A stretch of 64,000 nt of DNA from a bacterium (GTDB lineage Bacteria > Hydrothermota > Tepidihabitantia > SM23-42 > JAOAFX01): contig JBNAVN010000002.1 of NCBI GenBank assembly GCA_049700315.1, positions 22,002 through 86,001 of the forward strand, in the 5' to 3' direction. The translations under genes were made by a program, and so were the position numbers. The notes beneath the pieces are model-generated. The model did no database searches and had not been told where the DNA came from. It worked only from the letters and a program-made list of their open reading frames with translations. Below, piece after piece: positions 19,973 through 28,348 of this stretch (position 1 is the stretch's first letter; each line of letters begins with the position of its first letter).

Positions 19973-22018
19973 ATGGAACCGGAGATTTCAATTGTTATAG
20001 TCAACTATAATGTTAGACATTTTGTAGAACAGTGCCTCATGGCGATTGAGCGCGCCAGGCACAATCTCGCCCTTGAAATCATTGTCGTTGATAACGCTTC
20101 GGTTGATGGTAGCCAGGCAATGATTAAAAGAAAATTCCCCCAAGTTTTGCTTCTTGAAAATCATAAGAATCTTGGTTTTGCAAAAGCAAATAATCAAGCA
20201 TTAAAGATCGCCCGGGGTAAATATGTATTGATCCTCAATCCAGATACTTTGATTCAGGAAGATACGCTCGTCGCATTGAAGGACTTCCTTGATAAAAATC
20301 AAGATGTTAGTGCAGTCGGATGCAAGTTGATCAACCCGGATGGCTCTTTCCAGATTGCAAGCAGGCGTAGTATTCCAACACCCTGGGTCGCATTTACAAA
20401 GATCACTGGGTTAAGCAGGATTTTTCCAAGGAGCAAAATCTTTGCACGTTATAATCTTACCTATATCTCACCTGATATTGGGTGTGAAGTAGAAGTGCTT
20501 TCTGGTTCATTGATGATGGTTCGAAAGCAGGTCCTGACTGATGTTGGCTATTTTGATGAAGATTATTTTCTATACGGAGAAGATATTGATCTGTGTTACA
20601 AGATAAAGAAGGCTGGTGGGAAAATTTACTACACTCCTGTTACTAAGGCTATCCATTACAAAGGAGAAAGTACAAAAAAAGGAGAATTTTCATATATTAC
20701 AAATTTTTATTCGTCAATGTTGATATTCATTGATAAACATTTCAAAAATTATTATTCGGTGTTTGTAAAATTTATTCTGACTGTCGGCATATATTTGCGG
20801 GCTTGCCTTGCTTATCTTTCTTCTCTCGTGAAAAACATCGCAACACCGCTCTTTGATTTTTTTCTAATCATTTTGAGCATCTATCTGGCAATTAAACTAT
20901 GGCTCCCCCATTATCAATTAGCGCGATTCCAGATGATCATTCCTGTGTATACCTTTGTTTGGTTCATTAGCATTTATCTTGCCGGCGCCTACCATCCAGG
21001 GGGGAAATACCACCTGAAACAGTTGATTGGTGGAGCCACAGTTGGTTTTCTGTTAAACTCTACTTTCACCTATTTCTTTAAGCAGTTTGCCTATTCGCGG
21101 GTTGTAGTATTAATTGCCTTCTTGCTTATTATACTGGTTCTGGGTATCTGGCGTGTTGCCTACCGCTGGATTGGTCCGCATTCAGTCAAACATCCAATTT
21201 CCAAATTAAGGCGTACAATCATTGTTGGCGCTGGCAAAGAGGGTACAAGGATCCTGAAGAAACTGAGAACCAGACCTGATATACCCTACGAAGTTTGTGG
21301 TTTTGTTGATTTTGACGAGAAGAATATCGGTAAAGAAATTGATGGTATTGAGGTTCTTTCAACCATTGAGAACATAAAAGATGTCATAAAAGTACAGAAG
21401 CTTGATGATGTGATATTCTCAAGTGACCGTTTGAGCAATAAACAGATCCTTGAAACAATTTCGTACGCAAGTGGTACTGGTGTGAACTTCCGTATCGTTC
21501 CCCACGAATTAGAATACATCATAGCAAAATCTTCTGTTGACGAAATCGATAGCCTGCCATTATTGGACTTAATAAGCACGTACGACCCAATAGATCTTAT
21601 GATAAAAAGACTCTTTGATATCTTTTCATCCCTGATTATTATCGTAGCTTCCTCGCCATTAATTCTTATCAATTTTATTGCCGGAGCAAAAATTATCAGC
21701 AAGAAAATCCTTATTGAAAATGGCAGAGAAGAAAATATCAGTTTATTTGAAGGCGGTATCTCATTTTTGAGGAACCTGCCATTATTTTTCTCTGTATTAA
21801 AAGGTATTATAAGCCTGGTTGGTGCGGAAATAAGTGAACCTGAAAAAAACAAACATAAACCTGCTTACAAGCCAGGATTAACCGGTTTTGTTCAGATCAA
21901 GGAACGTGAGAAGAAAAAACAATTAAGTTCTCAGGAAAAAGATTATTATAATCTCTACTATTTGAGAAATCGTTCTTTGATTACTGACCTGCAAATTTTG
22001 ATTAAATCCCTGATTTAG
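19973..22018 (+). CDS. fusion: GT2 glycosyltransferase plus WbaP-like polyprenyl-phosphate sugar transferase architecture (C-terminal PGT domain apparently degenerate)
   Basis: N-terminus SIVIVNYN...VVDNASVDGS (GT2). Several TM segments. Rossmann-like IIVGAGKEGTRIL. C-terminal LIKRLFDIFSSLIIIVASSPLIL ... KPGLTGFVQI ... YYLRNRSLITDLQILIKSL (bacterial sugar transferase). Confidence 0.7.
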   Translation: MEPEISIVIVNYNVRHFVEQCLMAIERARHNLALEIIVVDNASVDGSQAMIKRKFPQVLLLENHKNLGFAKANNQALKIARGKYVLILNPDTLIQEDTLVALKDFLDKNQDVSAVGCKLINPDGSFQIASRRSIPTPWVAFTKITGLSRIFPRSKIFARYNLTYISPDIGCEVEVLSGSLMMVRKQVLTDVGYFDEDYFLYGEDIDLCYKIKKAGGKIYYTPVTKAIHYKGESTKKGEFSYITNFYSSMLIFIDKHFKNYYSVFVKFILTVGIYLRACLAYLSSLVKNIATPLFDFFLIILSIYLAIKLWLPHYQLARFQMIIPVYTFVWFISIYLAGAYHPGGKYHLKQLIGGATVGFLLNSTFTYFFKQFAYSRVVVLIAFLLIILVLGIWRVAYRWIGPHSVKHPISKLRRTIIVGAGKEGTRILKKLRTRPDIPYEVCGFVDFDEKNIGKEIDGIEVLSTIENIKDVIKVQKLDDVIFSSDRLSNKQILETISYASGTGVNFRIVPHELEYIIAKSSVDEIDSLPLLDLISTYDPIDLMIKRLFDIFSSLIIIVASSPLILINFIAGAKIISKKILIENGREENISLFEGGISFLRNLPLFFSVLKGIISLVGAEISEPEKNKHKPAYKPGLTGFVQIKEREKKKQLSSQEKDYYNLYYLRNRSLITDLQILIKSLI

Positions 22019-22039
22019 AAAAAAATCCGCGTTGTTTTT

Positions 22040-22507
22040 TCACTCGTCTGGTGCCGGAGGCATATGGCGACCTCTTACTTCCCTTATCAAATCTCTTATT
22101 TCTCTCTCAAAGTCTTCCTGGAATATCAGGAATTTTGCCTGCTGAAGCGGAGTGAGCAAGTTTTTCAAATCCTTCATCTCTTCCATTTGTGCCACCATTC
22201 TTTTCTTCTGCAATTCCTGAAATCTATCCAAGACCTTCGCTATTTCTTGTTCTTTAGCGTTTGCCTTTATTAAATCCTTCAACTCCTTAAGTATTTCAAG
22301 TCTCTGCTTATGGAACTCCTGTTCATTCTTTCTCATCTCTTTTAAATGAGGAAAGAATTTTGTAACCTGTTCGTCACTGAGATCAAGCACCTCGGTCAAT
22401 TTATAAATTCTCACCTTTTCAATTATCTCCCTTGGGTCTTTTTCATTACACCGTTCCTGAGCAGATAACATTAATAAAGGCAATATCAGAAAAATCAATT
22501 TTTTCAT
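22040..22507 (-). CDS. periplasmic LTXXQ-motif (Spy/CpxP-like) protein
   Basis: Signal peptide; two LTxxQ motifs (LTEVLDLSDEQ, LTPLQQAKF); helical, charged. Confidence 0.65.
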   Translation of the reverse strand: MKKLIFLILPLLMLSAQERCNEKDPREIIEKVRIYKLTEVLDLSDEQVTKFFPHLKEMRKNEQEFHKQRLEILKELKDLIKANAKEQEIAKVLDRFQELQKKRMVAQMEEMKDLKNLLTPLQQAKFLIFQEDFEREIRDLIREVRGRHMPPAPDE

Positions 22508-22550
22508 AAATACCTCCTGAGGTTAAAATTTCTCAACAATTGCAAAAATT

Positions 22551-23093
22551 TCATAGATATTCTTCGCCATACTTCTCACCTATGAGTTTTAGAAGTTTCT
22601 GTCTTTCATCTGTAGTCAATTCCCTGATACCATCATCAATATCCACAACAAAATATTGATCAAGCACTGCAAATTGATTGACAATTCCACTATCAACTAT
22701 TTTTTCCAGTAGTAATTTATTAAGATATTCATCCTGCGAAAAGTAGGAAATAGGTATTGCTATTTCTACAGATTGTTCTTTTCTAAAATTGATGAAAAGA
22801 ATAAATACCAGTATACCAAGTACAGGTGCCAGGATTCCTAAAATTTTCCAGAGCGGTCTTCTGAAACTAATTTCTTTCCGGCGAATATCATCTTTTAATC
22901 TTTCAAAAAATTCCTTTTCAGGAATAGGGATTTCATCTTTATCTATTATTTTATAGATTTTCTGAATTGCTGATAATTCTTCCTGACAGGTAACACAATC
23001 TCTAAGATGATTTCCAAAGATAGTCCTGCCCTGATTATCCATCAATCCTTCAAAATAATCAATCACCTTATCTTTGAATCTGCAGTTCTTCAT
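22551..23093 (-). CDS. putative zinc-finger anti-sigma factor (single-pass membrane)
   Basis: N-terminal HLRDCVTCQEEL (zf-HC2-like); central TM segment; directly downstream of the ECF sigma factor. Confidence 0.55.
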   Translation of the reverse strand: MKNCRFKDKVIDYFEGLMDNQGRTIFGNHLRDCVTCQEELSAIQKIYKIIDKDEIPIPEKEFFERLKDDIRRKEISFRRPLWKILGILAPVLGILVFILFINFRKEQSVEIAIPISYFSQDEYLNKLLLEKIVDSGIVNQFAVLDQYFVVDIDDGIRELTTDERQKLLKLIGEKYGEEYL

Positions 23094-23161
23094 AAAATTA
23101 TCCTACTCGTTAAATCTAAATCCCTGAATCCACTCATCGTCCAATTTACCTTCTCTCAGTT

Positions 23162-23692
23162 TCATATCCAGTCTTTGAGGAAAACTCTTAATTTACTAAT
23201 TGCCTGGAAATGATTTGCCTTTGCAGCACCTGAAGATATACCCATTATTTCTCCAATTTCGTCAAAAGTGTATCCTTCATAGTACCTCAGGATAAAAGCC
23301 ATTTTTTGTCGACCTGGTAACTTTGCCAGGGCATCATCTATTGCCTTTTTCAAAATCAAATTCCTTTCTGAAGGATTGGACATTGAGCTGTCAAGTACAA
23401 TCTCATTACGCGACCTTCTCTTAAATGAGATACACGTATTGACCGCAATCCGATAGGCCCAGGTAAAAAATTTGCTTTTCTCGTTGAACTTCTTAAGGTT
23501 TCTATAAATCTTAATAAAAATATCCTGCGTGAGTTCTCGAGCATCTGCATCATTTCTAACATATCTGTAGCAAATCGAATAAACAGGCTGCTGATATTTC
23601 TCAAACAATGCATCAAATGCCTTTTCTTCGCCATCTTTATATCTTCTAACCAAAGATAAATCACTGTCATCATTCATTGTAATTAGACGCAA
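23162..23692 (-). CDS. RNA polymerase ECF-type sigma-70 factor
   Basis: Region 2 ELTQDIFIKIYRNLKKF; region 4 HTH GYTFDEIGEIMGISSGAAKANHFQAISKLR. Confidence 0.85.
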   Translation of the reverse strand: MRLITMNDDSDLSLVRRYKDGEEKAFDALFEKYQQPVYSICYRYVRNDADARELTQDIFIKIYRNLKKFNEKSKFFTWAYRIAVNTCISFKRRSRNEIVLDSSMSNPSERNLILKKAIDDALAKLPGRQKMAFILRYYEGYTFDEIGEIMGISSGAAKANHFQAISKLRVFLKDWI

Positions 23693-23803
23693 ATGTTCGC
23701 CCCGTAGGTTTAATTGTGGCTACTGTTAGTTTTGCGTATTCAGAAAAACAAAACAGCTCAAAATCTGACCGACTGTGCGAATGAACTGTAATTCAATATA
23801 GAC

Positions 23804-23977
23804 TTAATACTCCTCCTCGGTATATGGCTCAAATTGCTCTTTCTCTGCACCACACTCAGGACAAAGCCAATCTTCCGGTAAATGCTCAAAAAGTGTTCCT
23901 GGTTCAACACCATTATCTGGATCCCCATATTCAGGGTCGTAAATATAACCACAAATAGTGCACTGCCATTTGCCCAT
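23804..23977 (-). CDS. rub: rubredoxin (57 aa; missing from ORF track because under 60 aa)
   Basis: Reverse-strand translation [57 protein letters not shown]. Both CxxCG and CPxCG knuckles are present. Confidence 0.8.
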   Translation of the reverse strand: MGKWQCTICGYIYDPEYGDPDNGVEPGTLFEHLPEDWLCPECGAEKEQFEPYTEEEY

Positions 23978-24045
23978 TATACCCCCTTTAAAGCATTTTA
24001 TTATATTTATTAATTTATGACTGTCAACACAAAAATGGCATTCAA

Positions 24046-24429
24046 TTATCTATGTTCAGAACACATTACAGTTCCATTTTCAGAATTATATATATAAGGA
24101 GCGCCGGTTACCGGACAGAATGTTTCCTGAAATTGAATGTCTGACAAATCCTCAAGTCTCTCTGGATATTTGCTGTTCTCTACATAGTACAGTTGTATCG
24201 CTCCTTCAATCTTTCTTATTTGCGTTTGACACCTCAAGATATTAGCCCGCTCAGGTGGTGCAACTGCAGATTGAGATTCCCTGGTACCCCGGGTATAAAT
24301 AGTACCCGCTTTATAGATTAGAATGCCCACAATGACAAGTCCAAGTAGTAATCCAATAAGTGCGTAGGTTCTCAAGAGCTCTCCAAATTGTCGGATTATA
24401 AACAATTTGCGCACAATGTCAATCCTCAA
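24046..24429 (-). CDS. type II secretion/type IV pilin-like pseudopilin (GspG-like C-terminal domain)
   Basis: N-terminal hydrophobic helix; [28 protein letters not shown] resembles the T2SS-G domain. Non-canonical prepilin motif. Confidence 0.45.
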   Translation of the reverse strand: MRIDIVRKLFIIRQFGELLRTYALIGLLLGLVIVGILIYKAGTIYTRGTRESQSAVAPPERANILRCQTQIRKIEGAIQLYYVENSKYPERLEDLSDIQFQETFCPVTGAPYIYNSENGTVMCSEHR

Positions 24430-24469
24430 AATGTGCTTGCGTGCAAATCAATTTTGTGTAGAATTGGTT

Positions 24470-25135
24470 ATGTCTGAATTTGATAAGATTATCCCGGTTT
24501 ACAAACCTGTGGGACCAGCAACATTTGACCTAATTAGAATTTTCAAGAAAAAAACAAATTTCAAAGGGAAGATCGGACACGGCGGTTCACTTGACCCGTT
24601 TGCCTGCGGTTTAGTGCTTCTACTCTTGGGTAAAACAACTGAGAGATTTGAAGAGATAAGAACCTGGGAAAAAGTCTATACTGCCGGTATACGACTGGGT
24701 GCAAAATCAACAACCGGGGATGTAACAGGAGAAATCAGTATTGATAGATCTCAGGATTTGACAAAGATCAGGCGAAGGCTTATTGAAAATATTTTGGGAA
24801 TGTTTATCGGCGAAACCGAACAAAAAGTTCCTGCTTATTCAGCTGCAAAGTTTCAAGGCATACCACTTTACAAATTAGCACTGCAAGGAGTGAAAGTTGA
24901 AAAAACAAAAAAAGTGAGAATCTTTAATATTGAACTTATTGATTTGAAAATTCCAATTATGACGATCAAAATCACCTGCGCGGGCGGTGTTTACATAAGA
25001 CAACTGGCACAGGATATTGCCCAGCAAATGGGAACCAATGGATTTCTCTGCTTTTTGGAACGTGAAAAAATCGGAAATTTTACTATCAACAATTGTATTG
25101 AAATTGAAGAATTTGAAAAGATCACTATTCCATAA
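24470..25135 (+). CDS. truB: tRNA pseudouridine(55) synthase
   Basis: HGGSLDPFACGLVLLLLGKTT (catalytic Asp motif). Start moved to in-frame ATG at 24470, avoiding overlap with the upstream gene. Confidence 0.85.
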   Translation: MSEFDKIIPVYKPVGPATFDLIRIFKKKTNFKGKIGHGGSLDPFACGLVLLLLGKTTERFEEIRTWEKVYTAGIRLGAKSTTGDVTGEISIDRSQDLTKIRRRLIENILGMFIGETEQKVPAYSAAKFQGIPLYKLALQGVKVEKTKKVRIFNIELIDLKIPIMTIKITCAGGVYIRQLAQDIAQQMGTNGFLCFLEREKIGNFTINNCIEIEEFEKITIP

Positions 25136-25215
25136 CCAATCCTTGAAAATTGTGTTTTTCAATAGTTGACGGAACAAAAAAAATATATATAATCTCTCAG
25201 AAAGGAGGTTATCCT

Positions 25216-25311
25216 ATGCCTTGCGGAAGAAAGAGAAAATTGAGAAAGATCAAGCGTCATAAATATAAAAAGAGAAGAAAGGCAATGCGCCATAAGAAGA
25301 AAATAAGATAA
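25216..25311 (+). CDS. 31-aa hyper-basic peptide (MPCGRKRKLRKIKRHKYKKRRKAMRHKKKIR)
   Basis: Strong SD aaaggagg 6 nt upstream of ATG; 21 of 31 residues K/R/H; intergenic location. Confidence 0.4.
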   Translation: MPCGRKRKLRKIKRHKYKKRRKAMRHKKKIR

Positions 25312-25391
25312 AGGTCTATTTAAAAATTTTAAATCCGAATCTGCCAGCCGCGAATTTGCGTGACGGGTGCCGGAAGTATGGCGGATAACTA

Positions 25392-26156
25392 TTATATGCC
25401 GATAATGCCTCGGTGAGATGATTTGATAAAATCAATTATTTCCTGAGAATGCTTTGGATGAAGTTCACTTTTCAAAAGGTTAATAATTTCCTTCATATTT
25501 TTGTTTGTTTTATAAATCAACCGGAATATCCGTTTCATCTCTTCTATCTCTTCATTATTGAAACCATAACGTAAAAGCCCTTGTCTATTGATACCATATA
25601 TCCTTGCCCGATTTCCACGGGCAAGGAAATAGGGCGGAAGGTCTTTATTCAAATATGATTTGGCACCAAGCATTGCATACTTCCCCACCCGGCAGAATTG
25701 ATGGATTCCAACAAGCCCGCCAATATAGGCAAAATCATCGATCTCAACATACCCAGCAATCTGGGCGCCGCTTGCAATCACGGTATTATTTCCAATTTTC
25801 ACATTGTGGGCGATATGGACATAGGTCATAATGAAATTGTTATTGCCGATTATCGTTCTTTTGTTTTTACCTGTTGCCCTTGAAATTGTAGCATATTCTC
25901 TGATTATATTATTATCACCGATAATACACTCTGAATATTCGCCTTTGAAATGATAATCCTGCGGATCTGTTCCCAACTGAACACCGGAATAAATTTTATT
26001 ATTCCTGCCAATTATCGTCCCTTTTTTTATGACAACAAAATTACCAATTCCTGTTCCCTCCCCAATCTCCACACCTTTTTCAATTATTGAATATTTGCCA
26101 ATCTTAACTGATTTATGTATCTTTGCCTTTTTGCTGATCATTGATTTTTCTATCAT
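25392..26156 (-). CDS. lpxA: acyl-ACP--UDP-N-acetylglucosamine O-acyltransferase
   Basis: Left-handed beta-helix hexapeptide repeats. Closely parallels E. coli LpxA (IAHNVKIGNNTVIASGAQIAGYVEIDDFAYIGGLVGIHQFCRVG...PPYFLARGN). Confidence 0.9.
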   Translation of the reverse strand: MIEKSMISKKAKIHKSVKIGKYSIIEKGVEIGEGTGIGNFVVIKKGTIIGRNNKIYSGVQLGTDPQDYHFKGEYSECIIGDNNIIREYATISRATGKNKRTIIGNNNFIMTYVHIAHNVKIGNNTVIASGAQIAGYVEIDDFAYIGGLVGIHQFCRVGKYAMLGAKSYLNKDLPPYFLARGNRARIYGINRQGLLRYGFNNEEIEEMKRIFRLIYKTNKNMKEIINLLKSELHPKHSQEIIDFIKSSHRGIIGI

Positions 26157-26210
26157 CCCCGCCTCTATCTTCTACCTACTATATACTACATTAGTCCTCT
26201 TACTTACCAA

Positions 26211-26627
26211 TTACTTCCTCTTTATCCCGGCCAGAATTACTGCTTCACATACTATTTGGTTATCTACCTTTGCAATCCCAGAAATCTTTACAATCGTTCC
26301 GCGTTCCTGCAGTAATTCTACCTCCATAACAAGTGTATCACCGGGTTTAACAATCTTTCTGAAGCGCGCCTTATCAATCCCCATAAATAATGGAATCGCA
26401 CCAGGATATTTTCTCAATAACATCACCCCACCGGTCTGGGCAATCGCCTCAACAATCAAAACCCCGGGCATTATCGGCTCAGCAGGGAAGTGCCCTTGAA
26501 AGAAGAACTCATCTGGATGAATTTTTCGCTGGGCAACAATTTTTCTGTCGCTGATTTCCAGGACTTCATCCACAAACAAAAAAGGCTCACGATGGGGTAA
26601 AATTTTTTTTATTTCTTCTGAATCCAT
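26211..26627 (-). CDS. fabZ: 3-hydroxyacyl-ACP dehydratase
   Basis: ILPHREPFLFVDEV...GHFP..PIMPGVLIVEAIAQ hot-dog fold motifs; 138 aa. Confidence 0.9.
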   Translation of the reverse strand: MDSEEIKKILPHREPFLFVDEVLEISDRKIVAQRKIHPDEFFFQGHFPAEPIMPGVLIVEAIAQTGGVMLLRKYPGAIPLFMGIDKARFRKIVKPGDTLVMEVELLQERGTIVKISGIAKVDNQIVCEAVILAGIKRK

Positions 26628-26651
26628 GCAGTCACTCCTTGTTCAAAAAAT

Positions 26652-27491
26652 TCAGGGATGAACAGAATGTCTTCTTGCCCACTCTCTTAAATTGATGACT
26701 TCTGTACGTTGACAACCACAATCCCCGATCTTACAATATCCCCGAGGAAAGCCATGAAAATCAGAACCACCGGTTATCAACAAACCGTGCTTCATCGCAA
26801 TCTCATAAAAATCATCTTCCTGTTTATGCGTGTGTTCAGGATGCCATACTTCAATACCCTGGGCACCATCACTGATCAATTTATAGATCATTCCATTATC
26901 AGCACCAATCATTCCCGGATGAGCAATGATTGGCACACCACCGCATTCTCTAATTTTTTGCATAACTTTTTTGGGACTGGTTTCTTTTTTAGGTTCATAG
27001 TAAGGACAATGGTAACCAAGATACCGAGAAAAAGCCTCATTACGCGAGCGCACATATCCACATTCCAATAATGCCTCAGCAATATGGGGACGTCCCATAG
27101 AACTATTTTGAGCAATCCTTTTCACCTGTGAAAAATCTACCCTTACACCATCCTGGGCAAGATTTTCAACAATCTTTTTTGCCCGCGTTAATCTATATTC
27201 TTTGAATTCTTCAAGATAGTCCAGAAAATCCCGACAATGATGGTCAATATAATAACCAAGGATATGAATGTCACGATTTCCAACATTGGCACTTAACTCA
27301 ACTGCAGGAATAATCTCAATGTTGTCTTTACTGCTGACGATTGCCTCATCAATACCTGCTACCGAATCGTGGTCAGTAATGGCAATGACCGATACTCCGG
27401 ATTTCTTGGCAATATCAACTATTTCCTGAGGTCTGAAAACACCGTCTGAATACAATGTATGGATATGTAAATCTGCGTAATAATCAGTCAA
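26652..27491 (-). CDS. PHP-domain phosphoesterase
   Basis: DLHIHTLYSDG N-terminal PHP motif; further His/Asp metal ligands (HPEHTH, GGSDFHG). Confidence 0.75.
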   Translation of the reverse strand: MTDYYADLHIHTLYSDGVFRPQEIVDIAKKSGVSVIAITDHDSVAGIDEAIVSSKDNIEIIPAVELSANVGNRDIHILGYYIDHHCRDFLDYLEEFKEYRLTRAKKIVENLAQDGVRVDFSQVKRIAQNSSMGRPHIAEALLECGYVRSRNEAFSRYLGYHCPYYEPKKETSPKKVMQKIRECGGVPIIAHPGMIGADNGMIYKLISDGAQGIEVWHPEHTHKQEDDFYEIAMKHGLLITGGSDFHGFPRGYCKIGDCGCQRTEVINLREWARRHSVHP

Positions 27492-27519
27492 TGTCTCAAT
27501 AAGACAAGCACGGAAAAAT

Positions 27520-28332
27520 TTAGGCTAAACCGAGATCGCGACACACATCAATGACAACCTTTTCATCAACCATTTCCTTTTTCAAAAGAAAACCTTCAAG
27601 TAATGCGTTATCACATATTGCATTTATCATACGAGGAATTCCCTTTGAGAATTGAAAGATATTTTTCATAGCACCGCCGGTAAATAATGGACGAGAACAT
27701 CCAGCCACCCGGAGACGATGAACAACATAATTCTGAGTAGTCTCCTGATCAAGCGCTTCAAGAACACATCTAACAGCAATCCTCTGGTACAATGCTGGAT
27801 CAAGTTTCAGATAGTCTTCCATCTCAGGCAGCCCAAAAAGAATGAAGTTCAGAAGTTTGCCCCGCTCTGATTCAAGATTCAAAAGCCCTCTGATTTCTTC
27901 CATCAAATCCTTTCTCTGCAACATATTCGCTTCATCAATCAGAATAACAACCTTCTTGTTCTTGCCTGTAAGATCGAGTAACCTGTGATAAACTGCGGTA
28001 ATGATCTCAATCTTATTTTCGGATTCAACCGGTGTCTCCAGCATCAAGGAAATTTTTTTAAGAAACCATAGAGATGTAATCTCAGAATGTATAATAACCA
28101 GAAGTGTTGCCTCAACACTATTATTGATCAATTGATCAAGTAATCGCCGTGAAAGGGTTGTTTTCCCGGTGCCAATATCACCGATCAGCAACGCCAGACC
28201 TTTTTCTGTTTCCACCGCATGTGTAAGTTTTGCCAGCGCCTTGGCATGCTGGGGTGAATTATAATAGAACTTCTCATCAGTGGTGAAACTGAATGGATGT
28301 TCTTTCAATTTATAAAAACTTTCATATCCCAT
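27520..28332 (-). CDS. ExeA/GspA/MshM-like AAA ATPase (copy 1)
   Basis: MGYESFYKLKEHPF...LLIGDIGTGKTTL (Walker A), ILIDEAN (Walker B). Overall colinear with the ExeA N-terminal ATPase; no peptidoglycan-binding extension. Confidence 0.75.
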   Translation of the reverse strand: MGYESFYKLKEHPFSFTTDEKFYYNSPQHAKALAKLTHAVETEKGLALLIGDIGTGKTTLSRRLLDQLINNSVEATLLVIIHSEITSLWFLKKISLMLETPVESENKIEIITAVYHRLLDLTGKNKKVVILIDEANMLQRKDLMEEIRGLLNLESERGKLLNFILFGLPEMEDYLKLDPALYQRIAVRCVLEALDQETTQNYVVHRLRVAGCSRPLFTGGAMKNIFQFSKGIPRMINAICDNALLEGFLLKKEMVDEKVVIDVCRDLGLA

Positions 28333-28348
28333 AGCTTCTCACCATTCC

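Noticed and set aside
22019-22039. A-run/T-run between convergent stop codons as a bidirectional terminator
   Set aside because: Only about 6 A and 6 T flank a 9-nt non-self-complementary core (tccgcgttg), with no real stem; too weak to call.
23758-23952. Listed 64-aa minus-strand ORF
   Set aside because: A different frame of the same DNA encodes a perfect rubredoxin (23804-23977); the listed frame has no features and is considered spurious.
24407-24469. Extended truB start at 24407 overlapping the pseudopilin gene
   Set aside because: The N-terminal 21 residues ([21 protein letters not shown]) are non-conserved and overlap the convergent gene; the in-frame ATG at 24470 gives a canonical TruB N-terminus.
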